From assembly GCA_964416505.1 (NCBI GenBank), contig CAYQEJ010000002.1, forward strand, positions 90,172 through 154,171: DNA of 64,000 nucleotides, written 5' to 3'. The stretch is from an uncultured Gammaproteobacteria bacterium (GTDB lineage: Bacteria; Patescibacteriota; Microgenomatia; Levybacterales; UBA12049). Both the position numbers and the translations under genes were made by a program. Of the stretch, positions 17,941-26,341 are shown piece by piece. Under the pieces are notes generated by a model. That model was given only the letters and a program-made list of their open reading frames with translations, was not told the DNA's origin and searched no databases. How positions within the stretch are numbered: position 1 is the stretch's first letter; each line of letters starts with the position of its first letter.

Positions 17941-19097
17941 TGAATAAACAAGATCTTTCTTATCTTAATACAGTTAAATCCGCCTTTGCAGTTTACAAAT
18001 CAGGAGTTAAAAGAAAAGCAAATGGAAAATTAACATATGACTACTTAGTACCATCGGGAGTTTATGAAGAACAATGGGACTGGGATGCATTCTTCATGGG
18101 AATTGCGTTGTCTCATGAAATTCCTTCTGAAGCCATTTACTTAAAAAATTGGGTTTTAAATTTTTTAAATAATAGTGATAAAAATGGTTTTACACCCGGA
18201 TGTATTACACCGGAAGGTAGAGACAAAAGACTGCATCAAATGAAACCTTTCTTAGCACAAGGAGCATATGTAGCTTCAGTGAAAATGAATGATTTTTCTT
18301 GGCTCGAAAAAAATGTAAATCAGCTAGAGAAAATTGTACTTTTTAGAGAGAAAAATTTATGGAATTCAAAGTATGACCTAGGAGTTTGGTTTAACTCCAT
18401 GGAATCCGGTGCAGATGATAATCTCGCAGCATTAAATTTTGAAGATAAATCAATAATTGGGACTGACTTAAATTCATTTATTTATAAAGAATACGAATCA
18501 TTAAGTAAAATTTATAAAAATTTAAAGAAACCTAATTCCGCAAAAATATTTGAAGATCGTGCGAATGAAATAAAAAATAATATAAATAAATTCCTTTGGT
18601 CTGATGAATTAAACTCATATCTTAACTTAGATATATCCTCAAATAATCACGTCAAACGAATCTCCTATAACTCAATCCATCCTCTTTGGGCTGGAATTGC
18701 ATCGCAAAAAAGAGCAGAAAATTTTGTAAATAAATATCTTTTAAATAAAAATAAATTATGGTCAAATTATGGCATTAGAACGCTTTCAAAAGATGATCCT
18801 GGATATAATAATGAAAATAAAATAAAACCACACTCCAACTGGCAAGGACCAATATGGGTTATCTCAAATTACTTTTATACTCAAGCTCTTATTAGATACG
18901 GTTTTCAAAAAAAATCAGTTGAAGTAGTAAAAAAAATTGCCGAAATTTGCATAGACGACATTAAAAAATCTGGAGGGATGCATGAGAATTATGATGCAGA
19001 AAATGGAAAACCTTTGGCTGCTCCAAATTTTATATCTTGGAATCTACTACTCCCTGAAATGCTAGAAAGCTCATTATCAAATAAATTAATTTATTAA
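17940..19097 (+). CDS. GH63-like (alpha/alpha)6 glycoside hydrolase (mannosyl/glucosylglycerate hydrolase-like)
   Basis: 385 aa. The pattern WDWDAFFMGIALSH...GFTPG and the C-terminal GGMHENYDAENGKP match the GH63 / MGH / trehalase-like catalytic domain. Confidence 0.6.
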   Translation: MNKQDLSYLNTVKSAFAVYKSGVKRKANGKLTYDYLVPSGVYEEQWDWDAFFMGIALSHEIPSEAIYLKNWVLNFLNNSDKNGFTPGCITPEGRDKRLHQMKPFLAQGAYVASVKMNDFSWLEKNVNQLEKIVLFREKNLWNSKYDLGVWFNSMESGADDNLAALNFEDKSIIGTDLNSFIYKEYESLSKIYKNLKKPNSAKIFEDRANEIKNNINKFLWSDELNSYLNLDISSNNHVKRISYNSIHPLWAGIASQKRAENFVNKYLLNKNKLWSNYGIRTLSKDDPGYNNENKIKPHSNWQGPIWVISNYFYTQALIRYGFQKKSVEVVKKIAEICIDDIKKSGGMHENYDAENGKPLAAPNFISWNLLLPEMLESSLSNKLIY

Positions 19098-19103
19098 TCT
19101 TCT

Positions 19104-20171
19104 ATGAATTTAATTCAAATAAAAAAAATCCGAGATAACTTTATTGAAGAATTAAATTTATCAGAAAGAAAAAATAAAACAAGCCTTCCTTTCATTATCA
19201 ATCCTCTTCCCTCCAAAAAAATTGTTAAAAATGAAGAAGTATTCCAAGCGATTGTGGTTGGAGGAAGCATGGGCAAAATAGCAAAACTAAAAAATAACAC
19301 CAATGGATTAGAAATCTTATCAACTGAAGAAAAGGAACAACCAAGATTTGATTCTTATGAAATTTTTATGGAGTATTTAGAAAATCAGCTTCATGTAGAT
19401 ACAAAAATTCTTGCTGTTGATTTTGCTTTTCCGCTCTCCCCTATTTTAGAAGATGGAATTTTAGATGGAATTTTGCTTCGAGGAACAAAAGAACATTTAT
19501 TTCATGGACTTGTTGGAAAAAAAATTGGTGAAGAGATTAGTAATTATTTTCTAAAAAAAAGAGGACAAAAAATATTAGTCTCTTGCGCAAATGACACAGT
19601 CTGCCTACTCCTTTCAGGACTAACTAAATATTCTAAGGATAATCTGGCATGTGGAATTTTAGGAACCGGAATGAATGCCGCTTTTTTCTTAGATGAAAAT
19701 AAATGTGTCAACTTAGAATCAGCTAGTTTTGATAAATTTCCAAAATCTCCAGAAGGAGAAATTATTGATGCTTCTTCAACTCAACCGGGAACAGCACTTT
19801 TCGAAAAAGAAATTACAGGCGCCTATCTTTACAAACATTTTAATTTAATAATTAAAGAAAAAGGAATTGATTTCAAACCCATAAACTCTACCCTAGAACT
19901 AAAAAATTTATCGCACGAAAACAGTGGCGAAGTTTCCAAAATTGCAAACGAATTATTAGATAAATCTGCTGCGTATATCTCTGCTCAAATTGCTGCTATC
20001 AGTGAATTTAAAAAGAGAGATATGGTTTTCGTGATGGATGGAAGCTTTTTTTGGGAAAGTACTTATAAAAAAAGAGTTGACGAAATGATTCCTAGATTAA
20101 CAAATTATAAAATAGAATTGGTTGAAATAAAAAATAATACCGTCTTAGGACCTGCGCAACTCGTAATATAA
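19104..20171 (+). CDS. Hexokinase-family sugar kinase
   Basis: CANDTVCLL (hexokinase ...NDTVGTL...), ILGTGMNAAFF (GTGTNAAY) and VMDGSFF (DGS) are hexokinase signatures. Confidence 0.6.
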   Translation: MNLIQIKKIRDNFIEELNLSERKNKTSLPFIINPLPSKKIVKNEEVFQAIVVGGSMGKIAKLKNNTNGLEILSTEEKEQPRFDSYEIFMEYLENQLHVDTKILAVDFAFPLSPILEDGILDGILLRGTKEHLFHGLVGKKIGEEISNYFLKKRGQKILVSCANDTVCLLLSGLTKYSKDNLACGILGTGMNAAFFLDENKCVNLESASFDKFPKSPEGEIIDASSTQPGTALFEKEITGAYLYKHFNLIIKEKGIDFKPINSTLELKNLSHENSGEVSKIANELLDKSAAYISAQIAAISEFKKRDMVFVMDGSFFWESTYKKRVDEMIPRLTNYKIELVEIKNNTVLGPAQLVI

Positions 20172-21380
20172 TTATTCGTACCTGATTGCCTCGATTGGAG
20201 AAAGATCTGCAGCCTTTTTTGCAGGAAAAACTCCAAAGAAAATTCCTATAACTGATGAGATCCCTAAAGCTGCTAAAACTGATACCAAATTAATGCCAGC
20301 AGGAAAAAAAGGCTGAATAAGAATAACAATTAGTACTGCAATCAAAAGCCCTAATACGCCTCCAAAAACTGAAAGAATTAATGCCTGAGCTAAAAACTGA
20401 AGAAGAATATCTTGCTTTGTTGCCCCAATAGCACGCCTTATACCAACTTCCTTTGTGCGTTCTGTAACTGTTGCATACATAATATTCATTATTCCAATAC
20501 CCCCTACTATTAATGAGATGGATCCAATTGCTATAAGAATATAATTTAAGATTGAGAATATTTGAGTTACTATATTTAATATTTCTGTTTGTTCGACAAC
20601 TTGAAATTCATCCTCTTTATATTTTTTCAATAATTGCTTCTTTAATTCATTTTTTACAGTCGGAATAGATTCCTTATTCACCGCGGTAACGTAAATAGCG
20701 GAATATTTTTTATTTGGATTAAGAGAATTAATTTTAGAGGAAACATAAGTGAAACTGTCAAAACTTGGACCTCCCAATCCTCCACCACCTTTTGAATTCA
20801 ACACTCCTTTTATTTTAAAAGATTGATCAGAAATTCTTATTTTTTTCCCAACTGCAGATTCAGGGGAACCATACAAATCCTCTGCAAGCTTGGGACCGAT
20901 CATTACCTCTTTAGCACGCCTATCAACATCTGCTTTAGTAAGTAATCTTCCTGCTTGAGCTTCAAGATTTAATACATTAGAAATTTCCTGATTAGTCATA
21001 ACTATACTCGTTGATTTCTTCTCCCCATTTGCCTGGGCAATCGAACTTTTCTGTAAAATTGGAACCACATATAACACTCCATCCAACTTTTTCAGTTTAA
21101 AAACATCTGAATCCGTAAATCTTTCTCCAAGCGCACCATTTCCTCCACCAAATCCCCCATCTTCACTTAAAACCTGTCCAGGAAAAACATAAATAATATT
21201 CGAGCCTAAATTATCAAATTGTTGTTGAATATAATTCCTAAGCCCAATTCCAAAAGCAATAAGTAAAACTACAGACAAAACACCAATAAGAATTCCAAGA
21301 GAAGTTAAAAAAGTTCTCACTCTGTTTCTCTTGAAATCATCAAGAGCTGATTTGACTAAAAACATTATCTTACCCATCAT
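20172..21380 (-). CDS. ABC transporter permease, MacB/FtsX family
   Basis: N-terminal TM, a large periplasmic domain and a C-terminal FtsX-type four-TM domain. Confidence 0.8.
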   Translation of the reverse strand: MMGKIMFLVKSALDDFKRNRVRTFLTSLGILIGVLSVVLLIAFGIGLRNYIQQQFDNLGSNIIYVFPGQVLSEDGGFGGGNGALGERFTDSDVFKLKKLDGVLYVVPILQKSSIAQANGEKKSTSIVMTNQEISNVLNLEAQAGRLLTKADVDRRAKEVMIGPKLAEDLYGSPESAVGKKIRISDQSFKIKGVLNSKGGGGLGGPSFDSFTYVSSKINSLNPNKKYSAIYVTAVNKESIPTVKNELKKQLLKKYKEDEFQVVEQTEILNIVTQIFSILNYILIAIGSISLIVGGIGIMNIMYATVTERTKEVGIRRAIGATKQDILLQFLAQALILSVFGGVLGLLIAVLIVILIQPFFPAGINLVSVLAALGISSVIGIFFGVFPAKKAADLSPIEAIRYE

Positions 21381-22048
21381 ACATTTACAATCTCCCCGTC
21401 TTTCATACTGATCTGTCTTCTTGCTTTTGCAGCAATTTCTTTGTCATGCGTAACAATAAGAATAGTAACTTTTAAATCTTTATTAAGTTCTTCTAAAAGT
21501 TTTAAGATTTCAGCGCCTGATTTTGAATCAAGATTTCCGGTAGGTTCGTCTGCAAGAATTAACTTTGGATTCATAATAAGCGCTCTTGCAATTGCAACTC
21601 TTTGCTGTTGTCCGCCAGAAATTTTATTAGGTCTATAATCACGTCTTTCTATTATTCCAAATCTCTGTAAAAGCTCATCTGCTCTTTTATATGGATCAAA
21701 ATCAAGCTTAGTCTTCGAATATCGTGCTGGTAAAACTATATTTTCAATTACTGACAATTTATTTATTAAATTAAATTGTTGAAAAATAAATCCAACATAT
21801 CTGTTCCTAAATTCTGATAACGCATCATCTCCCAATTTTGAAACATCTTTCTCGTCCAATAAAACTTTTCCTGTAGTTGGCTTGTCCAATAGACCAAGAA
21901 TGTGCATCATTGTAGATTTTCCGCATCCAGAAGGCCCGACAATAGATGTAAACTCTCCATCTTTTATATTTAAATTAATTTTCTTGAGGACTTTTGCGGT
22001 TTCTTCGCCAATCTCGTAATCTTTCTCTACATCAATCAGCTTAATCAT
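21377..22048 (-). CDS. ABC transporter ATP-binding protein (MacB/LolD-type)
   Basis: Walker A GPSGCGKST, signature LSGGQQQRVAIARAL and Walker B LILADEPT. Confidence 0.9.
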   Translation of the reverse strand: MIKLIDVEKDYEIGEETAKVLKKINLNIKDGEFTSIVGPSGCGKSTMMHILGLLDKPTTGKVLLDEKDVSKLGDDALSEFRNRYVGFIFQQFNLINKLSVIENIVLPARYSKTKLDFDPYKRADELLQRFGIIERRDYRPNKISGGQQQRVAIARALIMNPKLILADEPTGNLDSKSGAEILKLLEELNKDLKVTILIVTHDKEIAAKARRQISMKDGEIVNV

Positions 22049-23063
22049 AGACTATGTCACCTTTGCTTACTCCTTCAACAATTTCAACTGATTCATCACT
22101 CTCCAACCCTGTTTTTACATATTTTTTTTCTTTTTTCTTCCCAAGAAGAATATAACTGCCTTTTTCATCAGATTTAATAAATTTTGAAGGCAAATATAAA
22201 GCATTCTCTTTTTCTTTAATAATAAATGTTGCATCTCCAGTCATTCCAATTCTAAAAGAAGGAATATCCCCAGTAACTGAAACTTTAACTTTATAAACAG
22301 TACCTGATTCATTTTCATCTGGAACAAAAGAGATACTCTCAATCACACCTTTAATTCTTTTTCCCTCAAATGCATCAAGCGTAATTTCACAATCATCTCC
22401 AATATTCAAAGAAACTACCTCCGTTTGATCTGCAGAAACTGAAAAATAAATTGTTTCGGGATTTAAAATAGTAAAAATCGTAGTACCAAATGTAATATTA
22501 TTCCCAACATAATAATTTGATTTACTTGCCACAATCCCTTTAAAAGGCGAAGTCAAAATAGAATCTCTTTTAGCAATATCCTTCAACTCAACAGCTAAAA
22601 CTGCTTTATCTAAATCATACTGATTATTTTCTAAAATTCTCTTAATTTCAGCGTTTGGGGCTGTAGCAGGAGTCCCATTTCCATTATCATCTTTTGTTTG
22701 CTCGAAATTGTTTCTCTGTTTTGAATAATCAAGAAGTGTAGATTGTAAACTTTTTACAACAGACGATTGATCCAAACTTGCCAGTGTCTGATTTTTTGAA
22801 ATTTCATCTCCTTCATTTACCCCTATCCAATTTATTTTTCCTGAAACTGGAAAAAAAAGATTTGTTTTTTCAGTTGCATTTATTTCTCCGGATAAAACTA
22901 ATTCTTCTTTTAAATTTCCTGACTTAACTGTGGCTGAGTCTTGAGGTTTTGAATTCCTGTTCTTAATAAAAATTCCGACAATAACTAAAGCAATTATTAT
23001 GAGAATTGCTAGTAACTTTTTTTTATTCTTAAAAAAATTAATAAAGGCAGTAATTCGGGACAC
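22041..23063 (-). CDS. Efflux periplasmic adaptor (HlyD/MacA family)
   Basis: N-terminal TM anchor with coiled-coil and beta-barrel regions. Overlaps the ATPase gene, forming an adaptor-ATPase-permease operon. Confidence 0.6.
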   Translation of the reverse strand: MSRITAFINFFKNKKKLLAILIIIALVIVGIFIKNRNSKPQDSATVKSGNLKEELVLSGEINATEKTNLFFPVSGKINWIGVNEGDEISKNQTLASLDQSSVVKSLQSTLLDYSKQRNNFEQTKDDNGNGTPATAPNAEIKRILENNQYDLDKAVLAVELKDIAKRDSILTSPFKGIVASKSNYYVGNNITFGTTIFTILNPETIYFSVSADQTEVVSLNIGDDCEITLDAFEGKRIKGVIESISFVPDENESGTVYKVKVSVTGDIPSFRIGMTGDATFIIKEKENALYLPSKFIKSDEKGSYILLGKKKEKKYVKTGLESDESVEIVEGVSKGDIVYD

Positions 23064-23101
23064 TTATAAAATAATAGCAGTTTTTAGCCTTAAAATAAAG
23101 A

Positions 23102-24118
23102 CTATTTTAGATATTTATCAAAGAAATCTACGCTTCTTCTTGAAGCAGTCCCAAAGTTATTAGCGATATTATGATCATCTCCAGAATACTCATAGTATTC
23201 AACTTTTTTATTCGCAGACAATAACTGCTCTTTCAATTTTTGTGAAAATTCTACAGGAACAGACTCATCAGCAGTTCCATGATGAAGCTGAATTGGACCT
23301 GAAACATCTTCAAGATATGAGTTTGCAGAAAGAGAATTCCAAAACTTGGGATTTGTCTTAGGCGTTCCGTATTCGTCCATTAAGGCTTGTCTCCATCGCC
23401 TTGCGCCTGAAGGAATACTTGATGGAATAGGTCGACGCCAATTATTTATGAGATCATCATAGCTAGCAACTACTCCAGCCCAAATGACTCCAACTTTTAT
23501 ATCTTTATTTACAACCATCGCGCGAAGGGTTATAAACCCTCCCATTGAATGTCCCCACATTCCAATTTTTTCTTTGTTTACATTTGGATATTTTTTTAAG
23601 GAAGAAAGAGCATTTAAAACATCAATTGCATAATCATTGGATCCATATGCTCCTCCCGCATCCCCCTCGCTGTTGCCATGTCCTCTATAATCAGGGCGAA
23701 GCAAAATATATCCATTTCTTGAAAAAGCATCCGTATATGCTACGTATCTTTCAGTAGTTCTATACTCGTCCGGTGGAATATATCCATGATTAAAAACAAT
23801 CGCAGGAAATCCACCCTTTGGCATTTCTCCATCCGGAACAGTTAATAAAGCATATATTTTTAATCCTTCTGATCGATAGCTCACTATGTATCTTTGGTAA
23901 TTGCTACCAGGTTGAAGTTTTTCCTCTATCACTAAATCACTACCAGGATAATTTCCGCTACGTAAGTAATCTATAGATAAAGCAAATGGCTGTGTTTTCA
24001 TTGTTTCAAGATTATCTAAATTATCCGTTTTAAAATTTGAAATATTTAATTTCCCGGATTTCAAAATCAGAATAATCAAAATAATCACAATGGGAATAAA
24101 CAGGAAAATTTTTCTCAT
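23102..24118 (-). CDS. Alpha/beta-hydrolase, S9 prolyl-oligopeptidase-like peptidase/esterase
   Basis: N-terminal anchor, nucleophile elbow GHSMGG and a C-terminal catalytic D...H (GTADESVP...HN). Confidence 0.65.
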   Translation of the reverse strand: MRKIFLFIPIVIILIILILKSGKLNISNFKTDNLDNLETMKTQPFALSIDYLRSGNYPGSDLVIEEKLQPGSNYQRYIVSYRSEGLKIYALLTVPDGEMPKGGFPAIVFNHGYIPPDEYRTTERYVAYTDAFSRNGYILLRPDYRGHGNSEGDAGGAYGSNDYAIDVLNALSSLKKYPNVNKEKIGMWGHSMGGFITLRAMVVNKDIKVGVIWAGVVASYDDLINNWRRPIPSSIPSGARRWRQALMDEYGTPKTNPKFWNSLSANSYLEDVSGPIQLHHGTADESVPVEFSQKLKEQLLSANKKVEYYEYSGDDHNIANNFGTASRRSVDFFDKYLK

Positions 24119-24145
24119 GAGGTCTAAAGAGTATAAACGAGATGA

Positions 24146-25240
24146 CTATCTCAAATCAAGAGTTTCAGCTTTATAGATTAAATTTTTAGGTTTTATTACT
24201 ACTTGCTTCTCTCCTTTTTCTACATATCCTGCATCAATTGCCTGGAATTTATTTTTTTTGATAATACCCAAACATTTATCTACATCTTTTGGTGAAATAA
24301 TCAAACAATAATCCTGTCCCATATTATATGTTTCATACATTTCATAGTCTGATAATCCTGCATGTTTTTGAATAAATTCAAAAACTGGTTGAGGTTTAAA
24401 AATTTTTTCAACTACATACGTAAACTCAGGTCTTCCTCTCATAATTTTCCTGACACCATGTCCCGTGATATTCGAGATATAATGAATATCTACGTTATTT
24501 TTTTGCAAATCCTGAATTACTTTTGCATAAATATTTGATGGCGAAAGTAAATCTTCCCCATATGTCTTATTACCAATCTTTGTCTGATAACCCTTTGGTA
24601 GTTTTTTGGCAATTGCACGAGTTAAAGAAATTCCATTTGCATTTACTCCGTTACTCTTTATTAAAACAATTCTATCTCCTGCATTTATTTTTTTGTCAGT
24701 AACTAAATGTTTTTTATTTTTTATAATTCCAACTGCAGAACCACCCAGATCTACAGATTTACTTTCAATAATTCCTTTTAACGCTGGTGTTTCTCCCCCT
24801 CCCCAAACAACACCGGCTAAATTACATGCTTTTTCCCAACCTTTTATAAAATCCTTCATTCTTTTTCCATCCTGGAGAAATCCGTCTCCAGAATCCGCCC
24901 AGTAAGCATTTAAAACAAGAGGGCTAGCGCCCACGCTAACCAAATCATTAATAATAGTAGCAACTGTATCTTGTGCAATTTCTGCATAAAAAGATTTTTC
25001 TTGTTTTTCCCAAACGGCATCAGCGACTAAACTTTTAGTTCCCAATCCTTCCATTACGAATGCCATAAGGTACTCATTTTGCTCCCAAAGAAATGCTGAT
25101 TCACCACGCGAACCAGAAACCTCCTTAAAAGCTTTTAATAAATTTTTTGATGTATTTTTTGCACTATCTTGTGCAAGTTTTTTTATAGGATCTAATTTTG
25201 AGTAATCTACTCCAGATTTTTTATAAGTAACTTTTTTCAT
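24146..25240 (-). CDS. purM: Phosphoribosylformylglycinamidine cyclo-ligase (AIR synthetase)
   Basis: YKKSGVDYSK N-terminus and a PurM-like N/C domain pattern. Last gene of the pur operon. Confidence 0.8.
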   Translation of the reverse strand: MKKVTYKKSGVDYSKLDPIKKLAQDSAKNTSKNLLKAFKEVSGSRGESAFLWEQNEYLMAFVMEGLGTKSLVADAVWEKQEKSFYAEIAQDTVATIINDLVSVGASPLVLNAYWADSGDGFLQDGKRMKDFIKGWEKACNLAGVVWGGGETPALKGIIESKSVDLGGSAVGIIKNKKHLVTDKKINAGDRIVLIKSNGVNANGISLTRAIAKKLPKGYQTKIGNKTYGEDLLSPSNIYAKVIQDLQKNNVDIHYISNITGHGVRKIMRGRPEFTYVVEKIFKPQPVFEFIQKHAGLSDYEMYETYNMGQDYCLIISPKDVDKCLGIIKKNKFQAIDAGYVEKGEKQVVIKPKNLIYKAETLDLR

Positions 25241-25545
25241 TCTGCTTTTATTTCATGCACTACTGCTAATTCGCTTTGGACATTTCTAAGACTAATTACT
25301 CTTCCATCACCCGCTCCAAAAACATCTCCTCTTACAAATTCTTCCATTCCTCCTCCATCTGCAGCCCAAATTAATCTTCTACCGTCGACAGTATGCATAA
25401 TACTACCATACCTGACCAAACAGCTTCCTTCTAAAATTTGGAAATATCTTTTTGGACCTTCTTCTCCCAGCATGGAACTTTTCCCTGGTTCTATTACTAA
25501 ATCTATTTCTCCCCAGGATTCTCTACCTTCATTTGGTCTTGTCAT
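25237..25545 (-). CDS. Small cupin-like protein inserted between purQ and purM
   Basis: Internal Met (MTRPNEGRESWGEIDLVIEPGKSS...) gives about 100 aa with a beta-rich, cupin-like pattern. G+C visibly higher than the flanking genes. The longer track ORF would overlap purQ. Confidence 0.35.
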   Translation of the reverse strand: MTRPNEGRESWGEIDLVIEPGKSSMLGEEGPKRYFQILEGSCLVRYGSIMHTVDGRRLIWAADGGGMEEFVRGDVFGAGDGRVISLRNVQSELAVVHEIKAE

Positions 25546-25558
25546 GTTGGGAATTATA

Positions 25559-26341
25559 TTAAGAAGTAACAAATTTAACAATATTCTTAAATAAAGGTAA
25601 CCCTTGTGGTGAATCGATCGTACCACGACGCCAATTTGGATGCTGCTCGCGCCTCACAAAACATTCGGGATGTGGCATAAGACCCAAAACTCTTCCGGTT
25701 TCGTCCGATATGCCTACGATTGCATTCGTTGAACCGTTCGGATTATCAGGGTATTTTTGAGTAGGATTTCCCTTTTCATCAACGTACCGAAATGCAACTA
25801 AATTTTCTTTTTCAATTTTTTCTAAATTCTCCAAATTTGCTACAAACTTTCCTTCCCCATGCGCCACTGGGTACCAAAGAATTTGATTTTCCATACCTTT
25901 CAAGAACATAGACTTAGAATTTTCTTCAACCTTCACTTTTACCCATCTGCATTCGAAATGCCCTGAATCATTATTAACTAAGGTTGCATCCATCTCTCCA
26001 ATATTTCCAAAAGGCACCAGCCCAGTTCTGACTAAAACTTGAAAACCATTACATACCCCAATAACTGCGGTGTTCGGTCTTTTTATAAATTTGCGAATCT
26101 CATCTCCAAGATATGACACTATCTCAATTGCCAGCACTTTTCCGGAAACTATATCATCTCCATATGCAAATCCTCCAGGAATTCCCAAAATTTGATAATC
26201 AGATAATTTTTCTTTTTTATTTTTTAAGTCATTTATATGAACTAATTTTGCATCTGCTCCCGCTAGATTAAATGCGAATACCATATCCTCATCTCTATTT
26301 ATTCCATCAGCTTTTATGATTATTGCTTTAGGTTTTTTCAT
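25559..26341 (-). CDS. purQ: Phosphoribosylformylglycinamidine synthase, glutaminase subunit
   Basis: Class I amidotransferase triad: GVCNGFQVL (Cys) and HPE at the C-terminus. Start taken at MKKPKAIIIK. Confidence 0.85.
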   Translation of the reverse strand: MKKPKAIIIKADGINRDEDMVFAFNLAGADAKLVHINDLKNKKEKLSDYQILGIPGGFAYGDDIVSGKVLAIEIVSYLGDEIRKFIKRPNTAVIGVCNGFQVLVRTGLVPFGNIGEMDATLVNNDSGHFECRWVKVKVEENSKSMFLKGMENQILWYPVAHGEGKFVANLENLEKIEKENLVAFRYVDEKGNPTQKYPDNPNGSTNAIVGISDETGRVLGLMPHPECFVRREQHPNWRRGTIDSPQGLPLFKNIVKFVTS

